Of a stretch of DNA of 64,000 bases, positions 1 to 12,117 are shown piece after piece. The stretch comes from Saprolegnia diclina VS20 (Eukaryota). Each line of letters starts with the position of its first letter. The stretch's first letter is position 1. The position numbers were made by a program, and so were the translations under genes. The stretch lies in contig NW_008246122.1 in the NCBI RefSeq assembly GCF_000281045.1, positions 243,301-307,300 of the forward strand, read 5' to 3'. Below the pieces are notes generated by a model. It did not search any database. It had not been told where the DNA came from and saw nothing but the letters and a program-made list of their open reading frames with translations.

Positions 1-1450
1 GCGTTTATCTTTTGAAGGACTTGAATATCTCATGGTGGTGTAGCTCGTGCAAAGACTGCGATCTGACAGTCTTTTCGATGCAACCACCGGCGTTGATCGC
101 CTTGCGCGCGTTGGCGCCAGCATCCAATGACAGTGCTGGGTACCGCGTCCGTAGTCTGCACCAAAATACCGACTACTGCCGCGTCTTTCACGGTACCATT
201 CACACGCTCTGGCCGCCTTCCAACTACACCATTTGCGTCCTGCCGGTCGACACGGACGTCATGAGTGCGTTTCCTCGATGCTAGCGAAGTTTCAAGTTGA
301 TATTTCGTACCGGTAGGCATGCCAAACATCGCCGACAAGAACAATCACATCTACCCGTACCTTGCGATCGGCGTCGTAGCGCTTCTACTCATTGCTGTTG
401 GGACATATTACCATGGGAAGCGCGTCGCCAAGACGGACCGCGCCGCCGACGACGACTACCTCGTCTCGTCGCTGTCGGCCAAAGAGCTCGAGACGCTCCA
501 GATGCTGCAGCTCGACGCGTCAAGCCTCGTGGTGTCGGACGCCAAGCCGATCGCATCTGGCGCGTTTGGCGACGTGTGGCGCGCCACGTACCTCGCCACC
601 AACGCCACCGTGGTCATCAAGCGCAACAAAGACCGCCGACCCGAAGCCATCCACGCCTTCATCCAAGAGATTCTGCTTCTCGCCAAGTACAACGTCTTTT
701 CTCTTCTTATATCCTACACGACTTGACATGATAGGCTCCAGAGCCCATACATTGTGACGCTTGTCGGCGTGACGTGGCGCCGGCTCCTCGACATCGAAGC
801 GGTGCTGGAGCACATGCAAGCGGGCGACCTCCTGAGCTACCTCGCGATTTCCAGTCGAGACGCGATCCCGTGGGCCGAGAAGGCGCTGCTGCTGCAGAGC
901 ATCGTGTACGGCCTCGTGTTTCTCCATACGTTCAGCCCTGTCGTGATCCACCGCGACCTCAAGTCCCGCAACGTCTTGTTGGACGACACATGCGGCGCCA
1001 AGTTGACCGACTTTGGCGTCTCGCGCGAGCTCTGCGACGCGCGCACGCTGACTTCGGGTATCGGCACGTTCCAGTGGATGGCGCCCGAAGTCATCAACGG
1101 CTCGTCGTACAGCGAGGCCGCCGACATTTACTCGTTTGGTACGTTGCTCTTTGTTCGAGATTTCATGACTAAGCGGGATGGGGGTAGGAGTGATTGTGTC
1201 CGAGATGAGTACACACGAGGTGCCGTACACCCAGCGATACTTTGCGTCGCAGAGTGCGCAGAGTCTCTTGACCAAAATCGCGAGCGGCGACCTGCGACCG
1301 GACTTTGATGCGACGTCGCCGCGCTGGGTCCACGAAGTCGGTGTCCGCTGCTTGGCGTGGGACCCGAGTCTGCGACCGACCACATTGGAGCTCACAGTGT
1401 TGGTGCGGCAGTTTGTCGATAGCTTGATCGATGCCGATACTTTGTACTAG
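1..1450 (+). CDS. Receptor-like TKL protein kinase (5' part outside window; multi-exon)
   Basis: Spliced exons ~44-264, 317-686, 735-1138, 1188-1450 give a Cys-containing juxtamembrane segment, a TM helix (YLAIGVVALLLIAVGTYY), then IASGAFGDVW, VVIKR, HRDLKSRNVLL, DFG, WMAPE. Stop TAG at 1448-1450. Confidence 0.9.
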
Positions 1451-1511
1451 GATCCATTGACTTCTAATGCTCTAGTATACACTTCAATAAATCTACTCGG
1501 TAATCGCGACG

Positions 1512-1724
1512 AAAAACTCTCGGGCGGTCCGAGTACAGGAGCCTGCGTACGACCTCGCGCGAGCTATGACTCGGCGAGTGGGGTCCACCACGGGATGGAT
1601 CTCTCCGTACGCAGCTCACTCCCAACGACCAAGTGCTGGAGCCAACTCCCACGCATTCAGGCGTAGCGCTACGTATGCGAAGTCTTTGTGTCATAATGAA
1701 GATAACGCGGAACACGTTCATATA
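1512..1724 (+). mobile_element. SINE-like / non-LTR 3'-end retroposon, copy 1, with 11-bp target-site duplication
   Basis: TAATCGCGACG flanks it at 1501-1511 and 1725-1735. Homologous to 24166-24350 (minus) and 28791-28856 (plus). Ends in a TA-rich tail. Confidence 0.7.
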
Positions 1725-1847
1725 TAATCGCGACGGGTCTCGGCTTTTTGCCCCTGACGACCAAAAACGACTGCAACGGCCGTTGAGATGGAGGCAACGA
1801 CAATGTAAAGTGAGAAGAGCAATCGAATTGAAATAAGTTGATAGAAT

Positions 1848-4489
1848 CTAATAAAATTTGGCTTTGACGCGCTGGAGCACGGCCGTGAGGTGGAGCGACG
1901 TCGGCCGGCCGCGCGGGTCGGTCGCCATGCACTGCTCGCCGAGCTCCGTCACCCACGACGGCGTCTCGTCAAGAAGAAAGCTTGGGCGCAACTCGCCGGT
2001 GGTCACACGCGACATGATGTTTTCCTGTGGATACGCATGGCCCGTGTTGGGGTTGACCAAGCCGCTGTAGGGCACGGCGTGGGTCGAGAATTCGGACAAA
2101 AGGACGCCTACGGCAAATGTCACACAACCCTACCCCTCGCTCAGAAATGCGTACCGAACGAGTACACGTCGGCAGCGATCGTATACTCTGTGCCGAGAAT
2201 GACTTCGGGCGCCATCCACTGGTACGTGCCAATGCCGTTGGTCATCATTTCGTCGGCCGCCTCGCGGGACGCGCCAAAGTCGGTTAATTTGGTGCCCTAA
2301 ATTTCAACAATATCAGCTGTTTAATCCCGAAAAAAAGAAAAAATACCTTCTTCGAGTCGAGGAGGACATTGCGGGACTTGAGGTCGCGGTGGATGATGGG
2401 CTGCGTAAACGTGTGCAAATACACAAGCCCGCGCGCGATGCTCATGATACACGCAAACTTGTCCTTCCACGAAAACTGCTCACGCCGGCGGGCCGCCAGA
2501 ATACTCCGGAGGTCGCCGAGGTCCATGTACTCGACAATGCACTCGATCTCGATCGGACGGCGCCAGCTGACGCCGACAAACTTGACAATGAACGGCGAGT
2601 CCATCCTATCCGACACCATGAGTATCGTTCGTGCGTATAGTCCGACGCGTACTGGATCATGAGCTTGATCTCTTCGATAAACTTTTGCACCGACTCGACG
2701 TGCGTGTCCTTGAGGCGCTTGATCGCGACCTTTTCGCTGCCGTAATGACCGAGCCAGACCTCGCCAAAGGCGCCAGACGCCAACGGCTTGGTGGCCGTGA
2801 CCTTGAGGTCGGCGAGGTCGAGCTTGTGCATGCGAAGCTCCTCGACGTTGAGCCCGTTCTCGGCCAGCTCGAGCGACGACTCGAGGGTTTGGAACCCCGT
2901 GCCGTTTGCTCGGCGGTTGCGGCCGCCCGTGATCTCACTTTGGAACGCGAGGAGGTCGGCTGCTGCAGTCTTCTTGCGGCGAATGAGCACCGCGATGAGC
3001 AGTATCGCAATGACGGCGACACCGCCAATGGCACATCCGATGATGAGCCCCGTGTCTACGTTATCATAAGACATCTTGTCCGCAATGTACATATTGTCTA
3101 CCATTTTTGGACACGATAATCGGCGTCGGCGGTGGCAGCGCGTCTACGCACGTCATCACAACTGGTCAGCGAGAAGGACATTGTCATCCGAGGAGTACCG
3201 GGCACGACGCAGACTTGAAAGGTGTGCGGAGACTTGCCGGCCCAGAGCGGTTGAACCGAGCCTTTCAGCGCAGCGCAGGCGGCCGCGTCCACGGAGAAGC
3301 CGGTATCAAAGCGAAAGCCCGTCGACTCGACCGTGCTGGACTCGGTCTCGTTGGCGTTCTGCAGCGCATTGAGCGCTTCGTACGTCACGTTGTTGATGGT
3401 GAATTCCTGAATCGCACAGCCCAAGCACGAGCTACGTCACACTCGGCGATGAGCCAACGCAAAAGGTACGATTCGCCGTACAAGAATGCAATCGATTTCG
3501 AGAGCCGAATGTTGACGATGGACGAGATCGGGTTCGAACTCAGTTGCCTGCGCATAGTCGGTCAGTCGACTCGATAAAGCAGTGGTTAGGGTTGTACAGG
3601 TATTGCATCGTGGTCCAGTCTTGGTCGGCGACGCGCGTGTACAAGTTGTCCCGCACGTTCCTAGTGAAGTACTGAGCGCCACGCTAAACTCAAAGAGGCC
3701 AACAAAAACGTGAGGTTGGCCGGGAGGTAGTTGAAGTCGGAGAGCGTATTGTTCTGAATGGCCCTATACCATTCGTGAGCCCACGACTCTATAACTTGAA
3801 TGCGTACAGATTGATGGTTGTGGACGGCAGGCCCTTGGGAATTGTCTGCAAATTGTTTTTGCGCAAAGTGCTAGAGACGACGTGTCCGTCCTGCTGTAGG
3901 ATGAGGCGAGAGGCATACATGGTTCGGAGGTGGTCGGGCCATTGAAACGTGGCGGGAAAGATCTCCAAGTTGGAGTCGAGGACGCCTAATGACACGAGCG
4001 TCGACGGGAACTGCGTCTTGAGCTGCGTAAAATCGATACGCGAGATGTTTTGGATTTGGCTACGATCAGATCTTAGCGCCGGCGAGCGATCGCAAGAGGA
4101 CGTACAGCGCCTTGAGCGACGCCGGAAACCTCATGTCCTTCATGACGAGCGACGTCTTATTGCCAATCTTCCTACACCATCGTATGCATCATGAGTCGCC
4201 GCATCCTGGCAGAAGGCTCGCACATGTTGACAATGGTCGACGACGAGAGGTCGCCGACGGCGTTGAAGAAGGGCAGCGTCTTGGTCTCTTGGTCGAGCGT
4301 GATGTTGTTGACAACGGCGCAGTCGGTCGAGTTGATGATGCACGACCGGCCGACGATCGGGCAGGCCGCGTCGGCCGTGTACACGAGCAGGTCGGGCGGG
4401 TACGAGGTGTAGAGGCAGGCGACCGCCGCCGTCGCCACCGCCGCCATGAGCTGCAGCACGAGCAGGAGCCGCAGCAGTCGGTCGGCCAT
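1848..4489 (-). CDS. LRR receptor-like TKL protein kinase (multi-exon)
   Basis: Signal peptide MADRLLRLLLVLQLMAAVATAAVA; LRR-like exons (LRKNNLQTIPKGLPSTTINL); TM helix (LIIGCAIGGVAVIAILLIAVLI); kinase motifs LASGAFGEVW, VAIKR, HRDLKSRNVLL, DFG, WMAPE. Confidence 0.9.
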
Positions 4490-5635
4490 GGTGCTCCAGT
4501 GCGCAAGTGATCGGCGGCTGGCACCAGAAAGGCAGTGCGATCGAACCCCACGTGGCGTGTTCGTTGCGCTGTCCCACTCTCCTTCAAACCAGCTGATTGG
4601 TCGCGTGTCGCATATTATATTTGTATTTAAATATCAAGGCCGTTGTATGGCCATGTGTGTTTTTATGCACCGACATGAAAGAGAGACTCCTTACAAGCAA
4701 TCTACAATGCAGCATAAATATGGAGTTTGCAGTCAATGATAGTCACCCTCCTTCGGTTTCAGTCGGCTTGGCGTACAATGAAAGAATTACCTGCTATTTG
4801 CGACCGGCCAGCACCGCGTGGCTTCATCAACGGCTGTGAGCAACCCGTCTCGGTGAACGCTCGAGCCGACACTGCGCGTGCAATCAACGACGAGGAAGGT
4901 TGGATCTCCTTGCATCTACTAGTAATATGAGTACACTAGTATGTGTCTAGTAGGTGCATCAATACGCTACCTGATGTGAAGGAGTGGGAGGTTGACAGCG
5001 AACGATTCGAAGCCATAGCTCGTGCAATGGACGTATCTCGTACTAGTAACGAAGCCGTCTTGTTCCTGCGTGCTTCGACCAGTGCGAACGACGAGCGCGG
5101 CGTTGCAGCCACCACGTTACACCGCTCCAGTCCAAAGCTGAGAATGAGAACAGAATTTGGGGCCAACCACCGGCTGCTCAAATTCGGCAGCTCCCTCTGC
5201 ATGTGCATCAGAGCTGCGTTGCAGCGACCCTCTCTACTCACTGCTCGTAGATTCTAGCCTCTACTTGTTTATAATCCTAATGGGTGCATCCCAGCAACGA
5301 TGGCGGCGCGTCCATGAAGCCAAAAGGGTGCGAGGTCGCAGCGCTCAAGACAGTGTAATGTCTAAAATACACTGTTTGGCACGATCCCCGTGGCCAGTGG
5401 ATCGAGTCTGATTTTCGCACAGCAGCATTGCGGAGCGTCGGGTATGTCATTCGCTACGTGTACAATCTGTACATTAGTATAAACAAGACGATATATACAC
5501 TAGTGCGTCGACGGACGGTCCTCGGGGCATTCCCTCGGTGCACACCGTGTGAGCCAAGATTGCACTTGGTCGAACCGTCGCGATCTTGTACGGATAACGC
5601 GTTTTTTATCCGACGGCGACGGCCGCGCTCGCACG

Positions 5636-7347
5636 ATGGACGAGGTCGGCCCGATGCGCGGCTCCATGCCGCTCATGTGACTTGCGTGCGTAGATGGACA
5701 AGACGGAGCTGGACGACCAGGTACGCGCGATGGCGTAAGCAGCCACAAGCCATGGCGCGTAGAGCATGGACGAGATGTACGAGCTGCCCGACGACGACGA
5801 CCTTGAAGCGAGGTACGTGGCGTCGTTTGGGCGCAGCTTTCTTGACGGCGCCTGCTAGCGTCGACACGCTGGCGTCACCGACCAAGCGCGCGTGTACGTC
5901 CCGGTCGCCCATGCTAGGCATCGATCCATGGATCTCTGTGTTGCTACAGTGCACGACAGCGATGATGACGACGACGACGCACTTGTCGGCCGCCGCCCAC
6001 TGCTGTCCCACAACTTTAGCCAGCCAGCGAGTACCGGCGATGGCCGGCGGCAGGCGCACGACGGCGACGACTCGGACAACGACGAGCCGCCCGAGATCCC
6101 GGGCAGTCCCATGAAACCGGTTAATAGGACAGCCAGCGCTGCCTCGCATGTGCTTCACATCTCTGATAGGTCCACGCGCCGTCGTATCTCTCCAATGAGC
6201 GGCGAGGGCCCGATATCTTTGTCGTCAACCACACGGACGATGACGCGTCGTCGTCGGAAGACGAAGAAGACGAGTACGAGCACGACAAGGCCAGCACCAA
6301 GGCACGCTCAACGCTGCGCAGTCAAGAGCGACAGCGAAAAGCGACCACCGTGCGTTCAAAGGACACAGTTTTGTCCTTGGTGACGCCCCACGATGACGAA
6401 CCGCCGTCATCTGTGGGGAAGGACGCGAGCTCACCGCGTCGGACGGTTCTTGACGCGCCGCTGCCCAAGATCGAAAGCCCGTCCAAAGAGATGGCGCGGG
6501 CATTCTACGACGAAATGGCAAAGGAGGATGCGACCGATGCAGCGCAAGACCTCGACGAACGGACGCTCCATGACAACGACAATGACGACGAGCTCGCGTT
6601 GCCACCGGAGATTCAGACTTTACTCGAGGTACCCCTACCGTACATAGCACCGTCTTGGAGATGCTTGGTCCACGTAGCTGGTCGACGTCTTCCGGCCAGA
6701 GATGGTCGACTTGCCTCTGTACCTCGAACCATTTGTGCCACCGTATTTGCCGAGCATTGGGTTTCCCTTTGACACGACCAGTCTGCTTCGACCGGACGTA
6801 CTCGTTCTCGACCCGCCACCGGTCGAGCTTGGTGTGCATCTCCTCGCCGAGCCGAGTGCGGCGCAGTCCAGCCCTGCTGGTATCTATGTCATTGCGGTCG
6901 GACAGCGTCCGTGACATCTGTATAGAGCTCCAGCTGCTGCTGCAAGCCGACGCCAAAACAGCCTTGGGCGACTCCCGCCGCGCGATCGAGTTGCCAGTAC
7001 ATGTGATCGAAGAGGCCCACTTGGCGCCATCGCGCATTTCCGCATGGATGGCGAGCGTCGCGGTCGTGCACGCGTCGCAGCCGCCCCCGCACGTCGTGTA
7101 CACCAAGCCGATGCCATCGCTCGACACCCTTCTCGAGCTCTGGCCACCAGAAATTGAGCCGTTCTTGACGGGCTTTTCAACTCTCGAGCTGCATACTTTG
7201 TCGCTCGAAGACCGGGTCCGCGTCATCTGCGGGCTCCTCGACATTCCCGTCTACCCGGGCCAGCTCAAGCAGAGTTTGCACGTCCTCTTCGTGCTCTATC
7301 AAGAGTGCATGGCGATCACCGCCAACGTTCGCGTTTGTGGGTGCTAG
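5636..7347 (+). CDS. IFT46: Intraflagellar transport protein 46-like (long acidic N-terminus; multi-exon)
   Basis: C-terminal exons read LEPFVPPYLPSIG...RPD...LGVHLLAEPSAAQS...IELQL...YTKPMPSLDTLLELWP...ICGLLDIPVY...SLHVLFVLYQE, matching the IFT46 C-terminal domain. Start approximate. Confidence 0.75.
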
Positions 7348-7386
7348 TGCGCTACCCTTATTTAAGCAGTCATATGTGTGTCGTGC

Positions 7387-8127
7387 TAAGTCCTAGCTCG
7401 AGGCGAACGTGCCGGGCCAACCGAGCGCCGGGTTGTCGGGGTTGACCGTCCGGTCCTACGAGAGACGACAATAAATGATCATGTACTATAGAACATGTAC
7501 CAATCGATTGCAGTTGGTCAAGTCGGACGAAAAGTACGCCGTGTCCTCGGCCGGGCAGGCAAAGTTGAGCACATACGGGCACTTGCGGATCACATCTTCG
7601 CAGATGGAGAGGCAGGTCTACCCGCGTAAAGGCTCGTGCTTGGTTGGCGAGACGCTCCTACCCGCGTGCGGAAGGGGTCGCAGCCGTCGGCGACGCTCGG
7701 GCAAATGGCTGTCGCCGTCCGGGCACTGCCGCCGCAACGCTGAAACTGCACGGCGCAGACCCAGTACTTGTATGCATCCCGGCAGTCCTCGCAGTTGTAC
7801 AGGCTGTACTTGGTGCTGCAGCCAAAGCGGTCGAGGATCTACCGTCCGATCGTACGCGCCAACGCATGCTTGCAGCACAAACCTTTTCGACGCTGGCGTA
7901 GTAGGTGGCTGCGTCGGCGTCGGCGGCGGCGCCCGTTGGGTCGTCGGCGCTCGTGACGGCCACGTAGTCGACCTGGAATGCGATGCATGGCAGCTGCATT
8001 TGCATGAAGGGGCGCGTACCATGGAGCAGAAGGCGAGCGACTTGGCCGGAATGAGGCTGCAGACGTCGTCCTCGGCGCGGCTCGTGCAAGCGGCGATGGC
8101 CAGCGCCAGGAGCTGGGCGATGCGCAT
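7387..8127 (-). CDS. Secreted Cys-rich protein, Mid1/FAM155 (frizzled-like CRD) family
   Basis: Signal peptide MRIAQLLALAIAACTSRA. Spliced product contains KYSLYNCEDCRDAYKYWVCAVQFQRC and TCLSICEDVIRKCPYVLNFACP, the two Cys motifs of fungal Mid1. Four short GT-AG introns. Confidence 0.7.
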
Positions 8128-8481
8128 CCGGCTCGAGTTTCCTACGTAACTGATACCGTACTGTGTATTTCATAGCTGACAGCGAGGTCCGTCCCGCTTT
8201 CAGGTTTATATAAACGACTTTTGCGCGCAACGGGCAGCGACGACAATGACATTATGTACATCAGACGAATATGCGTACATAGGTTTGCTACACTCGTCGT
8301 AGTTCCTAGGGACGAAACACATTTTTTCAAAAAGGCGCGTCGCCATAGAACCCCAGCCCTACCACCCAAGGTCCACAAGAACGACACCCGCGTACACGAC
8401 ACAATGCCATCAAGAGCATGGGGAATATTGTCATAGGATAGATAAAAGACTATATTTTTAGTCCACGTCAACGTTAACGAG

Positions 8482-10515
8482 CTACGAGGTGACAGGCGTT
8501 GGGGCTTGCAGCACGCTGATGAGCGCCATGGCGGTCACCGCATCCCGCGGCAGCTCGCGCTGGACGTAGTGCAGAATGTTGAAGAGCGCGGCTTGCTGCT
8601 TGGGCTCCCGCACTTGGCTCTTGAGCTCCACGTACTGCTCCAAGGCGCTAATGAGCTGGAAGCCGGCGCGCAGCAGCTGCAACTGCATCGCTGCATCATC
8701 GTGGTCGTCTACGGTCACTTGGTATCTTTTGTAATGCGACTCTACGCGTACCTTGTATGTGGGTAATGGCCGTCTCCATGAGCCGAATGATGGGCTGGAC
8801 GATCGATGCTTCGTCGGGCTGGTGGCTGAGTATGCACGTTGCGCCCGGGAGCCCGTACGTCATCATGACAAAGTCGACAAACTGCAGGAGGGCCAGCTGC
8901 ACAGTCACATGCAGCGCACTGAGCTTGACCGGGCTCTTGAGCAACAGCAGTGGCAGCCATTGCTTCTGGCGGCGCCAGATCTGAAAGAGACTTTCCGTCT
9001 GGAGCAGCTGCATGAGGAGACTCAGCGCGCGGACTTGGACGTGGCTCGTTGATTTCGGACTCCCGACAATGTCCTGCAAAACCGGCAACAAGCTCTCCGC
9101 ACCTTGCCGCGAAATGCGAATCCAAAGTGATACAACCGCTACACAAGCACCGCGATTACCCTCTCGCATGCGAGACGAAGACGCACCAAGACCATGAGCC
9201 AGCACGGCAGGTTGATGCACATGGTGCTTCAGAACACGCGTGAGTGCATGCATGCACTTGGCCCGGACCACCGACATGTCCAAGGTGGTAGGAAATGTCT
9301 CGGGCGTTGACGGTGCCAGCGGTTTGCCACGCAGCAGAATGCGAGCGATCCCTTGGGTCGAGGATGATAATGGCGGGTCGCGTAGCGCTTCCCGAACGCG
9401 CGTGCTGGCGTGCAGGAGGCCAAAGAGGACCTGCAGTGCGCTTGTGAGCACCGAGTGTTCCTAGCCATGATGACAATAATGTGACGACTATGGCAACTTA
9501 CGATATCCGCCAGCAAGTAGTCGGTTAGGAGCGGAATCAAGTGGACGCTCGTGCTTTTGCCCGCCAGAAGCTGGGACAGCGTCGTGTAGAGCTGCTGGGC
9601 GAGCGCAAGCGGCGCCAGCTTGACGACGGTCGGCGACGGTGGCGGCGGAAACCACTGGGAGAATGGCTGCATAAGCTGGCTAAACTCCGAGTCCCGGGGT
9701 GCGTCGTGGTGCGTGAGCGTCTCTGCCTCGGGCCCCTCGAGGCCCGACGACGAGACATGGTTGAGCAGCGTCAAGAGCGCGGCGCCTTGAAGCAGGTTGT
9801 GGACGAGCTCCGCATTCTCGTGGCTGAGACTCGTGGTAGTAATGGCCTCGGTCTGGACCGCAATCGTGGCCGAGGACCGAGGCGCGACCACCGGCGACTG
9901 CGGCCGAGGCGGCGGTGTTCGCAGCTGCTGCGACGGGTAGAACGGTCGCTGGGAGGCGACCTGGGACAAGGGAACGGCTTGGGAGCTGCTCATCTCGTGG
10001 AGCTGGCGCTTTTTGGTCTCGAGGAGCTTCTTCTCGGCCGTTAGTCGCTTTTGCTCGACGAGCATCGACGTCTGGGCCTACGCGAGTGCATGAGGGTCGT
10101 AAGAAGAAGCGCTAAGCGTACGCTCTCGAGCTCCTTGCGAAGACGCGTGTGGGCGCGCTCCGAGGTCGCAATCTGCTCGCGCAGGAACGCGACCTGGGAC
10201 GTGAGGCTAGCGACCTTCTGCGACGTCGCGAGCTCGTTCTGCTGGCAGCGGTAGTTGGCTTCGGCTTCGATCACTGCAACGTTCGACTTGGCGTCAAAGA
10301 GCTCTTCGTTGTACGCGTCGAGCTTAATGTTGAGAAGCCCGACCATCTCCTCGGCCTGGCCCTTCTCCTGCGTAAGGCGTGCGATGGCCTCCCGCATCTA
10401 GCGCAGACCCATGATGACGGAGAGGAACATGGTGGGCGTCGTCTACCCGCGCCATCTCGCCATGGACGTCGTGTGGGAACGCCTGGACCGCAGGCGGCGG
10501 CACTTGGCGGTACAT
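8482..10515 (-). CDS. Coiled-coil plus helical-repeat protein (possibly ATRIP-like); multi-exon
   Basis: GC3-rich ORFs 10041-10397, 9229-10065, 8696-9451, 8482-8718 can be joined by short introns. N-terminal coiled coil (SLTSQVAFLREQI), SQ motifs, Leu-rich helical C-terminal half. Confidence 0.7.
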
Positions 10516-10779
10516 GCGCTCGTTTAAAAATTGCGGAATGGAACCGTTGGGTGTTAAAAGTCATAAATCGCCTCTTTGGGTATACGTTGTCTATCTTCAC
10601 CCACTTTTATCGCCAAGTTGCCCTTGCGATGGGCTCTGGTGGACAATAGCTTCTTCGCTACTACTCGTAGTACAACCGTACGTACATATAGTACTTCGAG
10701 GTCAAGACTTGCTACATACTTACTAGTACAAACACTGTTTAGTACGTTTTAACGATGACATTATTGATTTAGACACTGA

Positions 10780-11815
10780 GGTAGAGCTTCGGGTGCCAGG
10801 TGCGCGTTGCGATCGGCTCGTAGCTGGCAAAGGCCGCTTGCTCGTCGACCGGAACCTTGTTGGCAGTGCAGTACGTCTGGTAGTCGCGCCACAAGGTCGC
10901 TGTCGCTTGATCCGTCGCACTGGCGACCAGCGCGCGCGAGAAAAGACACCCACGCGAGCACACAGAACACGAAAAGCCACAGGGCGCGGGCGCACAAAAC
11001 CTCGGACACGCCCCGAGACAGACACAGGGCGCAAAAAAAAGAGACAAAAAGGCGGCACAACGAGAACACGAAAAACAAACCCCGTACAGCCGCGCGCCAC
11101 ACACAAAACAGGTCGCCTCGACACACACCCCCCTCGAGAGCGCGCTCGGCGAAAAAAACGACAACACCGGCCCACACCCCGCCACACGTGCGGGGTTGCG
11201 CCCCAAAAAGCGCGGCGAGAAGAAAAACCGGAACAGCGCCGACGCACCTACGCTCGCGCCGGCGTCGCCGGGTGGCAAGTTTGCAAGACGCCACGCCAGA
11301 GACATCTCTAGGTAGCGCTAGCCATCGTCGTAGTCGCCTCTGGACCAGTAGAGCTTGGCGAGAAGGGACATCAAGGTGATGTAGCTCGATGTCGCGGGCG
11401 CAGAGCAGACGCCAGAGAGCGTCCGCTGCCGTGTAGTCGCCACGACAACGGTGCACGGAGCCGAGGTTGATCAACGCAGTGATGGTCGTGCTGTGAAAGG
11501 GACCATAAATGCGCTACCGTACCGAGGTGATCGCTTCGTAGAGCACTCGGACCTCGACGAGCTGGCCGCGGTAGAAACAGATCAAGGCGAGATAGTCGCG
11601 CGTGTACACCGTGCTCGGGTGGTCCATTCCGAGCAGCGAGAGCTGCGCGTCCAAGCACTTGCGGAACCAGTGCATTGCTTGGTAATAGTCGAAGAGACTG
11701 AAGCTGGACATGCCGAGGATCGACATGGTCGCAATCGTCGACTTGTGGACATCGCGGACGTCACTTGACTCAAAGTGGATGCGAGCCCGACTCGCAGCTG
11801 ATAAACCGGCGGACG
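10780..11815 (-). pseudogene. Broken copy of the HET/TIR-like-TPR-ZZ family (5'-truncated, internal deletion, premature stop)
   Basis: Reads MSILGMSSFSLFDYYQAMHWFRKCLDAQL...TRDYLALICFYRGQL and ends ...IATRTWHP. Shares the GAG>TAG stop of the 47246-48998 copy. 10935-11260 is corrupted sequence. Confidence 0.8.
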
Positions 11816-12117
11816 ATCGATCTCGGACAACTACAAACCTATAGGTACACTACAGCAGTACACTGGTGGGTACAGTGTACTGGAGTCCATCTAGCTCGTT
11901 GGGCTCACGAGACGCAAGGCTCGTTACTGGTATCCCATGGTCCCCGTCAGGATCGGCAACGAAGAGCTGCAACAAAGGCCCATTTTGCTATTTTACCCAT
12001 TTAACCTCTTTATGATCTGTGACGTGGCAGCTCGACCCCTGCACGATGAATTGACTTGTTTTCAGTATTCTCATATTCCTGCAAGGCCATTGGTCGACAC
12101 AATAGCAAGCCGGCAGC

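Noticed and set aside
4727..5411. Short ORFs between the kinase and IFT46 genes
   Set aside because: No recognisable motifs or codon bias.
10935..11260. T-depleted, A/C-rich stretch colinear with the ZZ-finger exon; at first looked like targeted hypermutation
   Set aside because: Substituted bases often copy neighbours about 2 nt away and T is almost absent, typical of a mixed or low-quality trace. Treated as a sequencing artefact unless reads confirm it.
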